Of a stretch of DNA of 64,000 nt, positions 27,244 through 39,106 are shown in pieces. A program made the translations under genes and the position numbers. Origin of the DNA: Amoebidium appalachense (taxonomy: Eukaryota > Protista > Ichthyosporea). Below the pieces are notes generated by a model. The model made no database searches. It was not told where the DNA came from and saw only the letters and a program-made list of their open reading frames with translations. Numbering within the stretch: the stretch's first letter is position 1; each line of letters begins with the position of its first letter. Location: NCBI GenBank assembly GCA_963693365.1, contig CAVNZM010000001.1, positions 9,440,907 through 9,504,906 of the forward strand. The letters are read 5' to 3'.

Positions 27244-28041
27244 CTGTGTGTTTGAGGTGTAGCAACAGCCCAGAAGGAACTGTCACCGCGTTACCCTAGC
27301 GCGAAAAACCGAACTAAAAGAAAGGTGTAGCTTGTCGTATCCTATTGTGTATGTACTAGAGACGCGGCACTCTACTAAGTGTACACACACGAAAAGGAAC
27401 GAACGTGTACGGAAAAACGGTAAAGTTTATTCAGACCAGGCTCCGACGGGCAAAACTTAGATCCGTACGGAATGAGGCTAAGTCGCAACTGAGGCCATCA
27501 AGGCCGTGCCCTCAAAGATCATCATCACCTGGCCCCCCTACGATGCCACATTCCAAACATTCCGATCTACTTTTATCGTGCGCCTGCACGAGCTAAGTTG
27601 ATCTACTCAAACCAATATATTTATCCATGTCTCACCCCTCACCCTCCCCCTAGTGGCACCGCAGAGTCTAAATCTACATTTCATACTATCCTCCCCCCCC
27701 CTCCCTCCCCCCTTTCCTCTACATCGAAATATATAAATACGTTTGGCAACATACACTATCAAACCTTGCCAATACTTACAAAAGGGCTTCTGCCCGAACA
27801 ATCACATTCCTAAGTCCTCCTACGATCTATCCTACACACTAATTAGAATTCTATTGGTCGGCTGCCCCGGCTGACGTGGTCCAATGCCCTGCGCCGGCAG
27901 AGGCAAGATGCACGCAGCTGTACAGCTATCTTGAGGCCCCGGACTTGATCTTGATGATCTGTGGACCCGGGCCACCCCCCCCCCCCCCCCCCCCGATCTC
28001 GATCGTAGACTTAGGCTGATCTGCTGAGACGGATTAGTATA

Positions 28042-28632
28042 TGTCAGCCGGACTTCTTGTCCGTGGTGTCATCCCCTTTCCAGGGGGTGAGGTTGAGATA
28101 CGCAGGTTTCTCCGACATGGTGATCAATCAGTCAGATGATGCGTGAGAGAGGAATCAGATCGGTATTCAAATTTGAATATTTTTGATTGCAGCGAGAGTA
28201 TGTGTTGCGAGAGCGTGCGAAAATGGGCCTTTAACCTGTTGTTTTGTACGGGTCTAAGGGAGCAGAGTGCACAGAGGTGTCATGTAAAACACGACTAACA
28301 CATTAATGAGAGGGCAATCGGAGTTGTTCACGAGACATTGAAAGATTCAAACAACAACTGATTCTTTATTGTGCTCTCGGTTCCTTTTGTACTTGCGACT
28401 TATCACCTTATCACAACTAAAGAGGGAGAACCAATCGGTTCTATCAGAAGATAGAAAAACACATTCCGACAGAGCATACGCAATTTCCAACTTCCGATTA
28501 AACTAAAGTTTAGAAACTCTTACTTAAATAAATTAAGTAATTATACATCTAGTCACTATTAACTCACATATATATTTATGTTCGTCTCTATAAAGAAACT
28601 TATTTAAATACATATATTTCCTAATAGTCGAC
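28042..28632 (-). repeat. Candidate 5' LTR of the Gypsy element
   Basis: The minus strand begins tgtcgac and ends ctgaca (TGTC...GACA) and contains aataaa (~28370). No second LTR or canonical tRNA PBS was found, so this is weak. Confidence 0.25.
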
Positions 28633-28989
28633 ACCCTCAAAGTGAAGACACTTTGCAATAAACCGAATTCCATATATATCTATTGTCCAATCACAACACA
28701 CATATATTAATAGACAGGAATGCACAACACAATCTACAGATGTACTCGCTCGCGACTATTGGCGAGCCATCCTTTTGAGAACAAAACTAAGCCATTTTGA
28801 AATAAAGGAAAGACAGCGAGTGTAGCTAGCTAATCACGCTACCTCTCAGATAAACAGAGGAGAGCAAACAGAAATAAAATACAATAAGTTCTTATCAGGC
28901 AAGAGAGCCAGGTGTGCACAGATCTACAGATATCTGTGCTCACAGAAACAAGGGAGAGAGAGATACGGGGGGGGGGGGGGGGGGGGGGG

Positions 28990-29053
<64 letters not shown>

Positions 29054-29289
29054 ACAAAGAAGGAAAGCAGACACGAATACAAACAAGCTAAAACACATAC
29101 ATACTTCAAGGCTCTTGCTGTCATACATGGTGACGTATTCCAACAATCTTACCAGAGGCATGTAAAAGATTACGAAGGTTTAGTCCCGCTATTATTAGTA
29201 ACACATATTTGCTAACATAATACGTCTTAAACAATGAACATATGTAGTACGCGTGTACCTGTACGCGAAAGGCAAAGTCTAATTTATGG

Positions 29290-29566
29290 ATGTACGTTTC
29301 ATATGCGCAGCAGATGAAAGATGTTTCACGGATCACTTCGGGCGCAGGCAGCCGGGCGGCCCATGACGTCACGGGCCGCGGCGCCAGGCGCAGCCGCAGC
29401 GGCGGCTGACATCGGTCTGGCGCAGCGCCTGACGTCAGGTGCCACCAGCGCCGGTATTTCCGGCGCAGCACACTGCAGATGCAGGCCACCTTCGTTTCCG
29501 CCGTGTGCTGCACGTACGGTTTTTGTTAGCACGATTGCGTTTTCGGTGGCTAGCACACGGCGGCTC
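29290..29566 (+). repeat. Split direct repeat A1
   Basis: Matches 34436-34712, ends 4 nt before the gag ATG, and contains two tgacgtca palindromes. Confidence 0.95.
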
Positions 29567-29570
29567 AAGT

Positions 29571-29643
29571 ATGGAAGTAGACCCAACAGACAATGGCCCT
29601 GCAGCACAGGCAGGGCAGGAGGCGCGCCCTCCTGTGCAGGACG

Positions 29644-29694
<51 letters not shown>

Positions 29695-30755
29695 TTGCCC
29701 TGACCCCTGAGCTGGCAGCGACCATTCGCATGTTTGCTTCTGAGGTGGCCAACGCGACCCGTCAGGCCCTGCAGGCCAGCCCGGCCCCCCCTTCCCAGCA
29801 AGATCTTCTCCTGCGCGCCTTCCCCCACCTCGTCAACCTTGGCGGGGGCGGAACCGGTAGGAACCCCCCTGTCACGGGGCCCCCTGCCGCTGCGGCGGGG
29901 GCCGTGGATGCTGTAGAGCAACCCCCCGGCAACGCTAACAAGCGCCCCCGTGAGGAGGACCCTCAGGGCGGCGACATGCACCAGCTGCCTCCGCCGCCCA
30001 ATGCCCTGCAACTGGCCGTTTGGGGGGCCAGCCAGCGCAGCCAGTCGAACCCACCCTGCCCCCACCTGTCCCCGGAGGTCCGGGGGGCTGCCATCTTCGA
30101 GCCTATGCAGCATTTCGCTTTACTCGACCTGCTGCCGCCCACGGGCTCTTCTGTCCACACGCAGCGCCAGCCGGTTTCCCTGCCTGGCCTGCCTGCTGGC
30201 ACGGTTGTGCTGCAGACGCCTGGCACCCAGCGCCAGCCCGCCCTGTGCCCGGACCTGCAGACCTACCTGCGCTGCATCTTGCAGCTGCTACGCCTACGCA
30301 TCAACGCCGACGCCCCCGTCACGGCCCTGCTGGCCCACGCCGAGTTTGTGGTTACTGAGTTGGCACCCGAGTACCAGTGGGCTGCCATCATGCGCTGGGA
30401 GGATGCACACCGCCGGTCGTGCGCTGCCTCTGGCCGCCCACTCGACGCACCCGACGCTGTGCAGCTGGCCGTGTCCCTGTCTGGTGCCCGCCTGCACCAG
30501 GCACCCACCGCTCCCCGCACACCCCGGCAGCCTGCCTCTGGGGGGGCCACAGCCAGCCCTCGCGCCAGCCCGGCCCCTGCTGCGGATGAGATATGCCGGG
30601 GCTTCAACACGGCCAAGGGCTGCACCAGGAAGGGACCCAACCCTTGCCGCTACAAGCACGCCTGCCTGAAGTGCGGCTCAGCGGCGCACGGCGCACACGC
30701 CTGCCCTCCCAACCCAGCCAACGGGGCGGGGGAAGGGGGGGCCAACCCGGCTTAG
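29571..30755 (+). CDS. Gag-like ORF1 with a poly-Q tract and CCCH plus CCHC zinc fingers
   Basis: ATG at 29571, (CAG)15 at 29646-29690, CRGFNTAKGC...CRYKHACLKCGSAAHGAHAC. Confidence 0.88.
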
Positions 30756-32474
30756 GGGGCCCAGCCCCCTTTCGGGCAGGGGCTGACGTCAGCGCTGGGC
30801 CTGCCCTCTCCGTTGCCCTGCGGGGCCCATGGTCACCCCCCCCAGCGGCACCACCACAGACCGTATCTGTCCCCAACTTCCGCTGTTTGTTTGAGTTGTT
30901 TCCGCACCCCGACAGTGCGTTTCAGCAGGCTCTGCTCCGCGACTTAGAGCTGGGCTTCTCGGTCGGTTACTTCGGCGAGCGGGTCACCCGGGTGGGCCGA
31001 AACCACCCGTCCGCGCTGGCGGCCCGTGAGCAGCTTGCAGCCGACATTGCGAAGGAAGTGGCATGCGGCCACATCCTGGGCCCCTTCACCCGCGACGAGA
31101 TGGTGGCCCTTTATCCTTATTTTGTATCCTCGCCCCTTGGGGCAGTTCCCAAAAAGGGCGGCACGGGCGTCCGCCGCATCCACGACCTTTCCTTCCCGCG
31201 TGGCTCCAGTATCAACGATGGGGTCGATTACCCGGATCAGCTGGAGTACATCACCATCCGCACGGTGATGCAAACAGTAGCTCGGCTCGGCCAGGGCTGC
31301 TTCCTCGGGGCATACGACGTGAAGGGTGCCTTTCGTCACGGCCCGGTGCACCCAGACGACCAGCCACTGCTGTCGTTCCAGCTGCTAGGCGCGTTCTATG
31401 TGGAGACCCGCCTACCGTTTGGCTTGCGGTCCAGCCCAGCGTTCTGGGAACGCATAGCTCAGGCCCTGCAGCACTTCACCCACGCCCTCAACGCCACAGA
31501 GACACAGCATTTTGTGGACGACTTCTTTTTCGGCGGCCGTACGCTGCAAGAGTGCGCCTTCAACATGCTGGTGTTTCGGTGGGTGTGCTCGAAGGTGGGT
31601 GTTACGCTTGCCGACGACAAAGTGCAGCTGCCCTCACACACGCTCATCTACTCTGGGCTCGAGTGGGACACTCTGCGCATGGAGGCCCGCTTACCTGCCG
31701 TCAAGCTGACCGAGCTCCGGGCCCTGCTAGCCGATTGGCGGGGTCGCACCAAGGCCACTGTTCGAGACCTACGGTCCCTGTGCGGCAAGCTCATGTGGTG
31801 TGCTCAGGTTGTGGCGCTGGGGCGTGCCCGTGCCTTTCTTCAACGCTTGCTTCATCTGCTGGCGGAGGCCGAGAGGGCCGGCCTAGGGCCCCACCACCAC
31901 ATCCGTGTCTGCGCCGACGCACGAGCCGACGTTGTGCTGTGGTCGGAGTTCCTCCCCGAGTGGAACGGCATACGTGTGCTTACCCCCCCCCGTGCATCAC
32001 ATGTTCACCACAGATGCGGCCGGCAGCATAGGATGCGGTGGCTACTGGGGTCAAGCGTGGTTTCACCTAGCATGGACGGACCATTGGCGCACGGTCATTG
32101 CTGGCGGAGATGTGTGGGCTTCCGTGCTGTTTGAGCTGGCTGGCATTGCCGTGGCCCTGGCCTGTTGGGGTCCCAGTTGTCGCAACAGCCACATACGCGT
32201 GCTCACCGATAACGACGGTGCAGTATCTACGATCGTGTCCCGTCACTCCCCCGTCCCTGCCATTGCCCGGGTGCTGCGTCTCATCACGCTGATGGAAATG
32301 CGCTACACGGTGCTGGTCTCGGCCAAGCACATCCCTGGCGTGGAAAACTCGATCGCGGATGCCATCTCGCGAGCACAGTGGGCCACTTTCGACCGGCTGC
32401 ACTCGTGGCACGCACCAGTCCCAACACCCGTGCCTGAGTGGCTAGCGGGGTGGTTTGCTGCCCCTCTCTCGTGA
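30593..32474 (+). CDS. Reverse transcriptase/RNase H ORF2; one frameshift in a C-run at ~31983-31991
   Basis: YDVKGAFRH, LPFGLRSSP, FVDDF and LCGKLMW. After removing one C the frame continues FTTDAAG, FELAG, LTDN and HIPGVENSIADAISR. The true start is uncertain, and the ORF overlaps gag in the -1 frame. Confidence 0.9.
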
Positions 32475-32766
32475 TGGGGCTGGGCCGAGCCCCCTCCCCT
32501 GTTCCTTTGCCTTCGTATTGGGCTTGGCGTGTGGGCTGTGGGGGGCACCGACACCCCCCCTTCCCCCCTTCCCACTTTGTATATCGCACGAGTCATGTTC
32601 TGCAGTGGCGGCCGGGGCCGGCCCCCCCCCCACTACACGAATTCGCTCGGATTCCCTCACTCACCCGGTGGAGTGTTTGGGACAATACATTACGGTCTTA
32701 CGGTGTACACACGGTGTGCCTCTTTGTTCTGTGCTGGCCCGCAGTGCCAACTGCTTGTGGCGTGTC

Positions 32767-32800
<34 letters not shown>

Positions 32801-33173
32801 TTCCCTCCCCCCAACCCCCCCCAACCCCACCCTGCCACCCCTCCACCCGCCCCTTCGATCGTGCATGCTTAACCTCGGTGTTACACACACATGCTCATAC
32901 ACACCCACACACTAGCGCACACACACGCACGCCTACACCGCGGCTTGTGCGCGCATACCCCCCTCCCCTTCCCCCGCCCTCCCTGCCAGCGCTGCATGCA
33001 TCCTCTGCCCTTTAGCTACGCCCCCCCCCCCCCCCCCTCCCCCCCCTTGTTTGCCTGCCTGTGCACCCGCTTGCCTGCCGCCCACCCCGCTCGTTGCCTT
33101 TACCCCCCCCCCCCCCCCTCCCCCCCCCCCCTGGGACTCTAGGCATGATGCTCACACAGCTCTGTCCCTGCAG

Positions 33174-34293
33174 GTGGCTTGCTCCCCTTTGGTGGCGACC
33201 ATGGTAGGCTTGCCCAGTGGTTCACCCCCGAGGTTTTGGCCCGTGTCCCGGAGGTGGCCCGCACCATCACTCGGCTGTCAGTGGGCGACAGCACGGAGTC
33301 CTCCTACTCGTCCTACCAGCGCCAGTTTATCGACTTCATCTACGCAATGGACTGCCGCAATCCTGATGGTGGCTACCTGCCAGCCTGCCCAGCCCAAGTG
33401 CAGCTGTTCCTTGCCTGGTGCGCCATGCGTGCGGTGCAAGCCCGGACCATGCCCAGCATCGTCTCCGCCGTCAACAGCCTGCACCGCAGCTTGGGCATGG
33501 CACCACCAGCGGGCTCCGGCCAGCAGAGCCTTCAGTGGTTTATCCGCGGGGCTGGCCGCTTCCTGCTGCTGGAAGGCAGCCACCGGCCCAAACGAGTGCT
33601 CGAGCCCCTCCTCCCAGCCGACCTCCGCGCCCTCCTCCCAGTCATCCAACCGGGCTCTTCATTGGAGGCCCTGCGTCTGTGGGCTGCCCTGCTGCTTGGC
33701 AGCTCGTGCCTCCTGCGCTCGGGCGAGTTCACGTCCAAATCTGCGGCCAAGTTCAACCCCCTCCTTCACGCCAAGCGTCGCGACGTCCAGCTCCTATGGC
33801 AGGATGGCCGCCTGATTGGGGCAACAGTCTTCCTGCCGACATCTAAGACCGACCCCACGGGCAAGGGTGTTACCATCCGGGTGCCCGCCTTCCCGGAGGA
33901 GCCTTCCTTCTGCCCAGCAGCCAATCTAGCCCTCTTCCTGGGGGTCTCGTCAACCAGGGCAGGCATCCACCCAGATGCACCCCTGTTCAGCGTCGACGGC
34001 AGCCCTTACCTCAAGAGCACCTTCATCGCCGGTTTCCGCACAGCTCTACACCATGCGGGCTACGACCCCGACCGGTACGCCGGCCACAGCCTGCGCATAG
34101 GGGGGGCCACTGCAGCTGAGCGAGCGGGCCTACCTGACGCCACCATCAAAGAAGGCTTGGCCGCTGGGCATCAGACGCATTCATGGTCTACATCCGGCTG
34201 CCCCACCGCGACGTGCAAGCCTCCATTGCCACCGTCTGGTCACACCAGGGCCTCGCCACGGGACCTTGGGGCGGACCCCCTACATCGCAGTAG
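33174..34293 (+). CDS. Tyrosine recombinase ORF3; frameshift at ~34148-34155, no ATG at the 5' end
   Basis: LRSGE, SKTD and HSLRIGGAT in ORF 33179. The LGRWASDAFMVYIR motif with the catalytic Tyr (34189-34191) lies in a shifted frame ending at TAG 34291-34293. Confidence 0.9.
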
Positions 34294-34303
34294 GGGGGCC
34301 TTG

Positions 34304-34959
34304 TGGTGCGGGGGGGGCTCATGGCATGGACCCCCCCTGGCGGCCCCCGCCTCGGCCAGCCCCTTGGGTGCAGGCACGACGGCCTGCACTCCACGGACAC
34401 GGGGGGCATGAGGCAAGCACGAGTGAGTGATGTGAATGTACGTTTCATATGCGCAGCAGATGAAAGATGTTTCACGGATCACTTCGGGCGCAGGCAGCCG
34501 GGCGGCCCATGACGTCACGGGCCGCGGCGCCAGGCGCAGCCGCAGCGGCGGCTGACATCGGTCTGGCGCAGCGCCTGACGTCAGGCGCCACCAGCGCCGG
34601 TATTTCCGGCGCAGCACACTGCAGATGCAGGCCACCTTCGTTTTCGCCGTGTGCTGCACGTACGGTTTTTGTTAGCACGATTGCGTTTTCGGTGGCTAGC
34701 ACACGGCGGCTCCCACCCACCCACCTCTCAGTCTGTATACATGACGGTGTACGTATGCGACTGTGACTGGCTCACAGCCCGATTGCAGCGGCAATAAAGC
34801 ATGTCGAGGCGGGGCCCAGCCCCGGCTGGTGCGGGGGGGGCTCATGGCATGGACCCCCCCTGGCGGCCCCCGCCTCGGCCAGTCCCTTGGGTGCAGGCAC
34901 GACGGCCTGCACTCCACGGACACGGGGGGCATGAGGCAAGCACGAGTGAGTGATGTGAA
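34304..34959 (+). repeat. 3' terminal repeats B1-A2-(unique 114 bp)-B2
   Basis: B1 abuts A2 at gtgaatgtacg. B2 ends gtgaa at 34959. Confidence 0.95.
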
Positions 34960-35208
34960 ATGTTGTGAATGAGTATGAGCGAATGAACAATCAATAGACT
35001 TAGCTATATATGGCGAAAAGCCACGAGCCAAGAGCCACGAGCCGCCGCCGGCGAAAGATTGCCATGAGGCCACGGCCATCTAGAAACACCTGAGGCTTGT
35101 ACTTGTATTCTTACAGAGATGTGAAATCAATTAACAGAAGTGTGTAAATAATTAACAATGATATAAGGCTGATTTATATCTGTCATTCTAGAGAAATATG
35201 TTGTAACT

Positions 35209-35594
35209 TGTAATGTAAATATGCCCTGTACGTACTGTCTCTATATGATAAGTAGCTGTGAGCCGGATCCACTCATAAGGTCTTAAAGACATAATAGTGA
35301 GCAAAGAATAGATCGAATAGATTGATTGGTTAGATCTGTAGCCGCTCACTTTGTACATAGATGTCGGAACTCTATTAACATAATATTTGGTGTAACCAAG
35401 AGCGCTAGAAAGTATAAAAGGTAGTTAGAGTTCGTTAGTTAGACAGGGTCTTTCCCCTTCTTAGTACATGGTCACAACTAAGGGAAATAACACGCATAGA
35501 ATAGGCATTGCTTGTCTATGGTCATCACTATATTGCCTGTAGGCCATCGTATTGATACAGTCACGTACAGTTCCCTCGTCACGTCTACATTACG
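35209..35594 (+). repeat. Possible solo LTR
   Basis: Begins tgtaatgta and ends tacattacg (inverted termini, with CG instead of CA), internal gtataaaag. No TSD seen. Confidence 0.3.
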
Positions 35595-35899
35595 GCCAGG
35601 CTGCCACAGCTTATGAGCATCAATAAACATCCAAGTATTCATAAATTGGCATACTTAGTGTGTAACAGACCGCCGTCCTTAACGAGGCGCCCCCTCCTGT
35701 TTTTGTTCCACCCACCGACACACCACCACCCCCCGTTCATAGTGACCTGCAGAGAGGTCTTCGTGGCAAGCAGTAAATGTTTGAAATTTCAGGCCGTAGG
35801 GGACATACAGTGCATGTCTGAGTGTGTCTTTGGGGTCTTTTCGCCCCACACACGGCGTGGCCAGCGGGGCCGGCTGAGTTTGGGGCTGAACTGGGGGCA

Positions 35900-36547
35900 C
35901 ACTTTACCCCAGATGGGGTATGGCAGTTAGTCTCCCGTTACCCGTCCCGCAAAGCGTGTGGGCCGGACGGCATCCCTATGGCACTACTTATGGTACTCAT
36001 CCCACCCCGACCCAAGAAAGACGAAAAGCGTGGCCCGCCGCCACCACTTACATGAATTCTTAGCGAATTGTTTAGCTGGTATTCTGAGTGGGTAAAGTGT
36101 CCTCGGAGTGGCTAGACACCATAGTGTTTCCCATCAAGAAAACGGTTGCACGGGGTCCCGTTCACGAATTTCGCCCTATCACCCTTACGTCCGTTTTTCG
36201 CCGATTATTCGAAAGTGGCCTTTTACAGGCCTTTTCCCGTAACCCCACCCTTAAGCAAGCTTCCCAGCTGAGCCCTCTTCAGGCGGCGTTTCGGCATCGA
36301 CACTCATGTTACGCACAAATCCTCACCCTACATAATGCAACTCAAAGTGTTACCGAGCACCTCGCTCGTATTTATCGATTTTAAGAACGCATACGACACG
36401 GTCGACCTCCCTCGCCTGTGGGCCAAGTTGGCCACTCGCGGTGTCCAATTCCAAATGGGTCGGCTACTGGAAGCTATGTTTACGTTTACACGTGGACGGG
36501 CGGTGGTTAATGGGCGGCTATCCCCAGGGTTTATAATTACCCGCGGG
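35900..36547 (+). mobile_element. LINE RT N-terminal fragment (pseudogene)
   Basis: KACGPDGIP, FPIKK, FRPITLTSVFRRLFE, QAAFR, FIDFKNAYDTV and GRAVVNGRLSPGF spread over three frames. Confidence 0.88.
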
Positions 36548-36574
36548 TTCAAATCCCGTCGGGATCATCTTTTT
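36543..36574 (+). pseudogene. 3' half of a tRNA-like sequence fused to the LINE fragment
   Basis: T-arm gcggg-ttcaaat-cccgt, then cgggatca and a T5 run (Pol III terminator-like). The 5' half is absent. Confidence 0.4.
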
Positions 36575-37134
36575 CTCATCCTCTTCTCGCTGGTGAAAAG
36601 CCAGCACGCCTTTACTGGCGTCATCACAACCATCGGCAGTGGTTAGGTTGTGATCTCAAGGCTAGCAAGATCGCTAGTTCTGCACCAGGACAAAATCCAA
36701 AAAGGGGAGGGGGGAGGGGGGGCTCTATTTTTTATTTAGTTCCTGACCCAAACCTCCACCTCAGGTACAGGTGGAACTAAGTCCCAAGCTTTACTGGTAC
36801 TTTCTGAAAATTAACGGTATATTTACTTCCGAAAACAGTGTAATTTCCTGCCCCTGGGCCGAGCTCGAGGCCGCCGAGCGTACAACATATGACATCAAGA
36901 GCCCTCATAAACCCATATTACTAAGCCAAAAACAAATAAGAAATAATTATATTTACAAATTATATCCATTGGCGTGCTCTATGGGGAAAAAAAACAAAGA
37001 GTGTGAATGTACAGTACATTGTACAATTTATAAGGAAATGAGCATATCCCACCTGCATTTTGGGGTGATGATATCATGGTGATCGATTAACCAATAAAAT
37101 CTAGTTTCTAGGATTCCTTTTCAGCCAATCACAT

Positions 37135-37567
37135 TAGAGTCTGACATAGGGAGGCTCATAGCTCAATGCATTACACACACCCCCACGGTTCGGCTCGGTT
37201 CGGTTCGACGTCCCAAATCGCAGTCTGAGCAGTTGGCAGTCTGGGCCGTGGCCGGGGAGATTCGGCCAGGCCGGGCCGGCGGAGGGGGCCGAAGAGTGAC
37301 GAGTAGAACAAGTTCGGGCGGGGGACCCAACACCGTTCATTCCTCGTCGGAAAAAGGCTTCCCCAAAACACTAAACACACACGCACAGGCACCCACACAC
37401 ACTTCTACACGTATAAACATAGTAAGCTACACAGGTAAACCCTCAGGGACACATATGGATGGTTCGACCGGTTTGAACAGACTCGCAACGGTTCGGTTCG
37501 ATTCGACATTGTAAACCGCGGTCTGGCGGTTTGGACCGAACTGTTATGATGGATTGTCATAGCTTTG
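37135..37567. mobile_element. Possible hAT-like non-autonomous relic
   Basis: Starts tagagtctgaca, has clustered (g)gttcg subterminal-type motifs at both ends, and a degenerate inverted end tgtcatagctttg. Confidence 0.3.
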
Positions 37568-38949
37568 GGGGTCTCACCCAGCGCGCATGAGCATACTTTA
37601 CTTGGTTTCAGTTGGTTTTAGGGGATTATTGTGTATGGCAAGACAATCAACCAAATACAGAATAATCTCTATATGTTGCGTTTTATATTGCTATTCTGTT
37701 CTGCGCGTATAAAAGGATCAAATCTCCCCATTTCTTTCTCTTTGTGCCACCAAATTCACATTTGAAGATTTCTGGGTAGCAATTTTTATTGGCCTACAAC
37801 GCACCCTCTCTAATGGCTCGTGCCCTCCAGACGTGAGAACACAACCTTTCCCCTTCAGTCACCCACAGGAATACAAGGCGAACACACAACCACACACACG
37901 CACGCAGACACATACATATGCACGCACAAACACGCACATGCATGAAAAAGCTTTGTAGGTAGGTGTAGGGAAGTGAACTAACGCGTAGTTGCCAGAGGTC
38001 GTCTTGTTTGTTAGCTCTAAAGACGAGCGCTTTCTGTGAAGTCTAAGAAGCGGGTGGTTCAAGGGTAACGAGCGATAATGTGGACAGCTGTGGGCAAAAC
38101 CGCCATCGGGCAGGCTTGGGTTGGAGCCGTTCCTGCCCGTGCGGCTGCTAGGTGGGTCTTTTTTTCCTTTGTAGAAGGTCTTGCTCATAGCGATATGCCA
38201 AGGGGGATATGGTGTGTGTGTGTGTGTATTTGTGTGTTTTTTTTTTTTGTGTGTGTGTGTGTGTGTGTTGTTGTGCTTCTGTGTGTCTGTGTGCCTTTGT
38301 GACTGTGCGTATGTTCACTAGCCGTGTCTGCGTGTGTGGATGTGTGCATGTGTATGTTTGGAAGGTGGACGGGAGGGAGGGGGTGGGGGTGTGGGGGGGT
38401 GGAGGAGGTAGATTGGGAGAGGTGTGTGTGTGTGTGCTTGTGTCCTTTTTTGTGGAATGACTGTGTTGTATGTCGTTTTAGGTGCACACCCTCAGGCACA
38501 TGGCTCTGTATGTGAAGCGTGTCGTGCTTGAGAGGCCGCCTTTAAGTTCGGTCTCTTAGAATAGCCCGATGTGGAAAAAAAAAAAATCTTCTTTTTTCTT
38601 CTGCACTGTGGATCTTGGTGTTTGTTAGTTTGCTACAGTCACATGGTAGGTAGGAATCGCCAGTGAACGTTTCCCGTAATGGCCACTCAAATTAGTTACC
38701 ATTCACTATTCTTAAAAAGCCCTCGAAAGCCATAATAAAACCTCCATGGCATCGTTCGACGTTTGCCAAGGAGCACAAGAGAACGGGTGCATCTGCTGTT
38801 ACAGGATGCTTGGTTTTTGCTCATTGCTAACCACAACATCCATGAATCCAGATACACGTGGCTGTGTGTCCAGAAGAGGGCTGCACACGCACACGCCACA
38901 AATGTAGGTGTACACACGGCACCAATCCATATTGATAATGGAGGGGAGA

Positions 38950-38981
<32 letters not shown>

Positions 38982-39046
38982 AGGGGCTGTAGGTAGCCTG
39001 GTGAAATGTGTCTCCGTCTATCCTGTTTGCTGTGCTGTCTGTGCGT

Positions 39047-39106
<60 letters not shown>

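Larger units (their letters stand above)
23513..28632 (-). mobile_element. Degraded, 3'-truncated Ty3/Gypsy LTR retrotransposon (5' boundary tentative)
   Basis: Domain order gag (CCHC), aspartic protease, RT. The RT is cut before its YxDD motif at ~23512. Confidence 0.85.
29290..34959 (+). mobile_element. Full-length Ngaro-type tyrosine-recombinase retrotransposon with split direct repeats (A1-gag-RT/RH-YR-B1-A2-B2)
   Basis: A1 29290-29566 matches A2 34436-34712 (277 bp, 2 mismatches seen). B1 34304-34436 matches B2 34827-34959 (133 bp, 1 mismatch seen). aataaa at ~34793. All three ORFs are present. Confidence 0.95.

Noticed and set aside
34156-34411. C-terminal extension of the YR ORF as given in the ORF track
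   Set aside because: It results from a frameshift. The conserved GRW...Y motif is in another frame and stops at 34293.
38746-38902. Exact first exon of the dioxygenase gene (SRRGLHT resembles a mitochondrial presequence cleavage site)
   Set aside because: Its donor phase does not match exon 39658 without an unidentified intermediate exon, so it was left out of the model.
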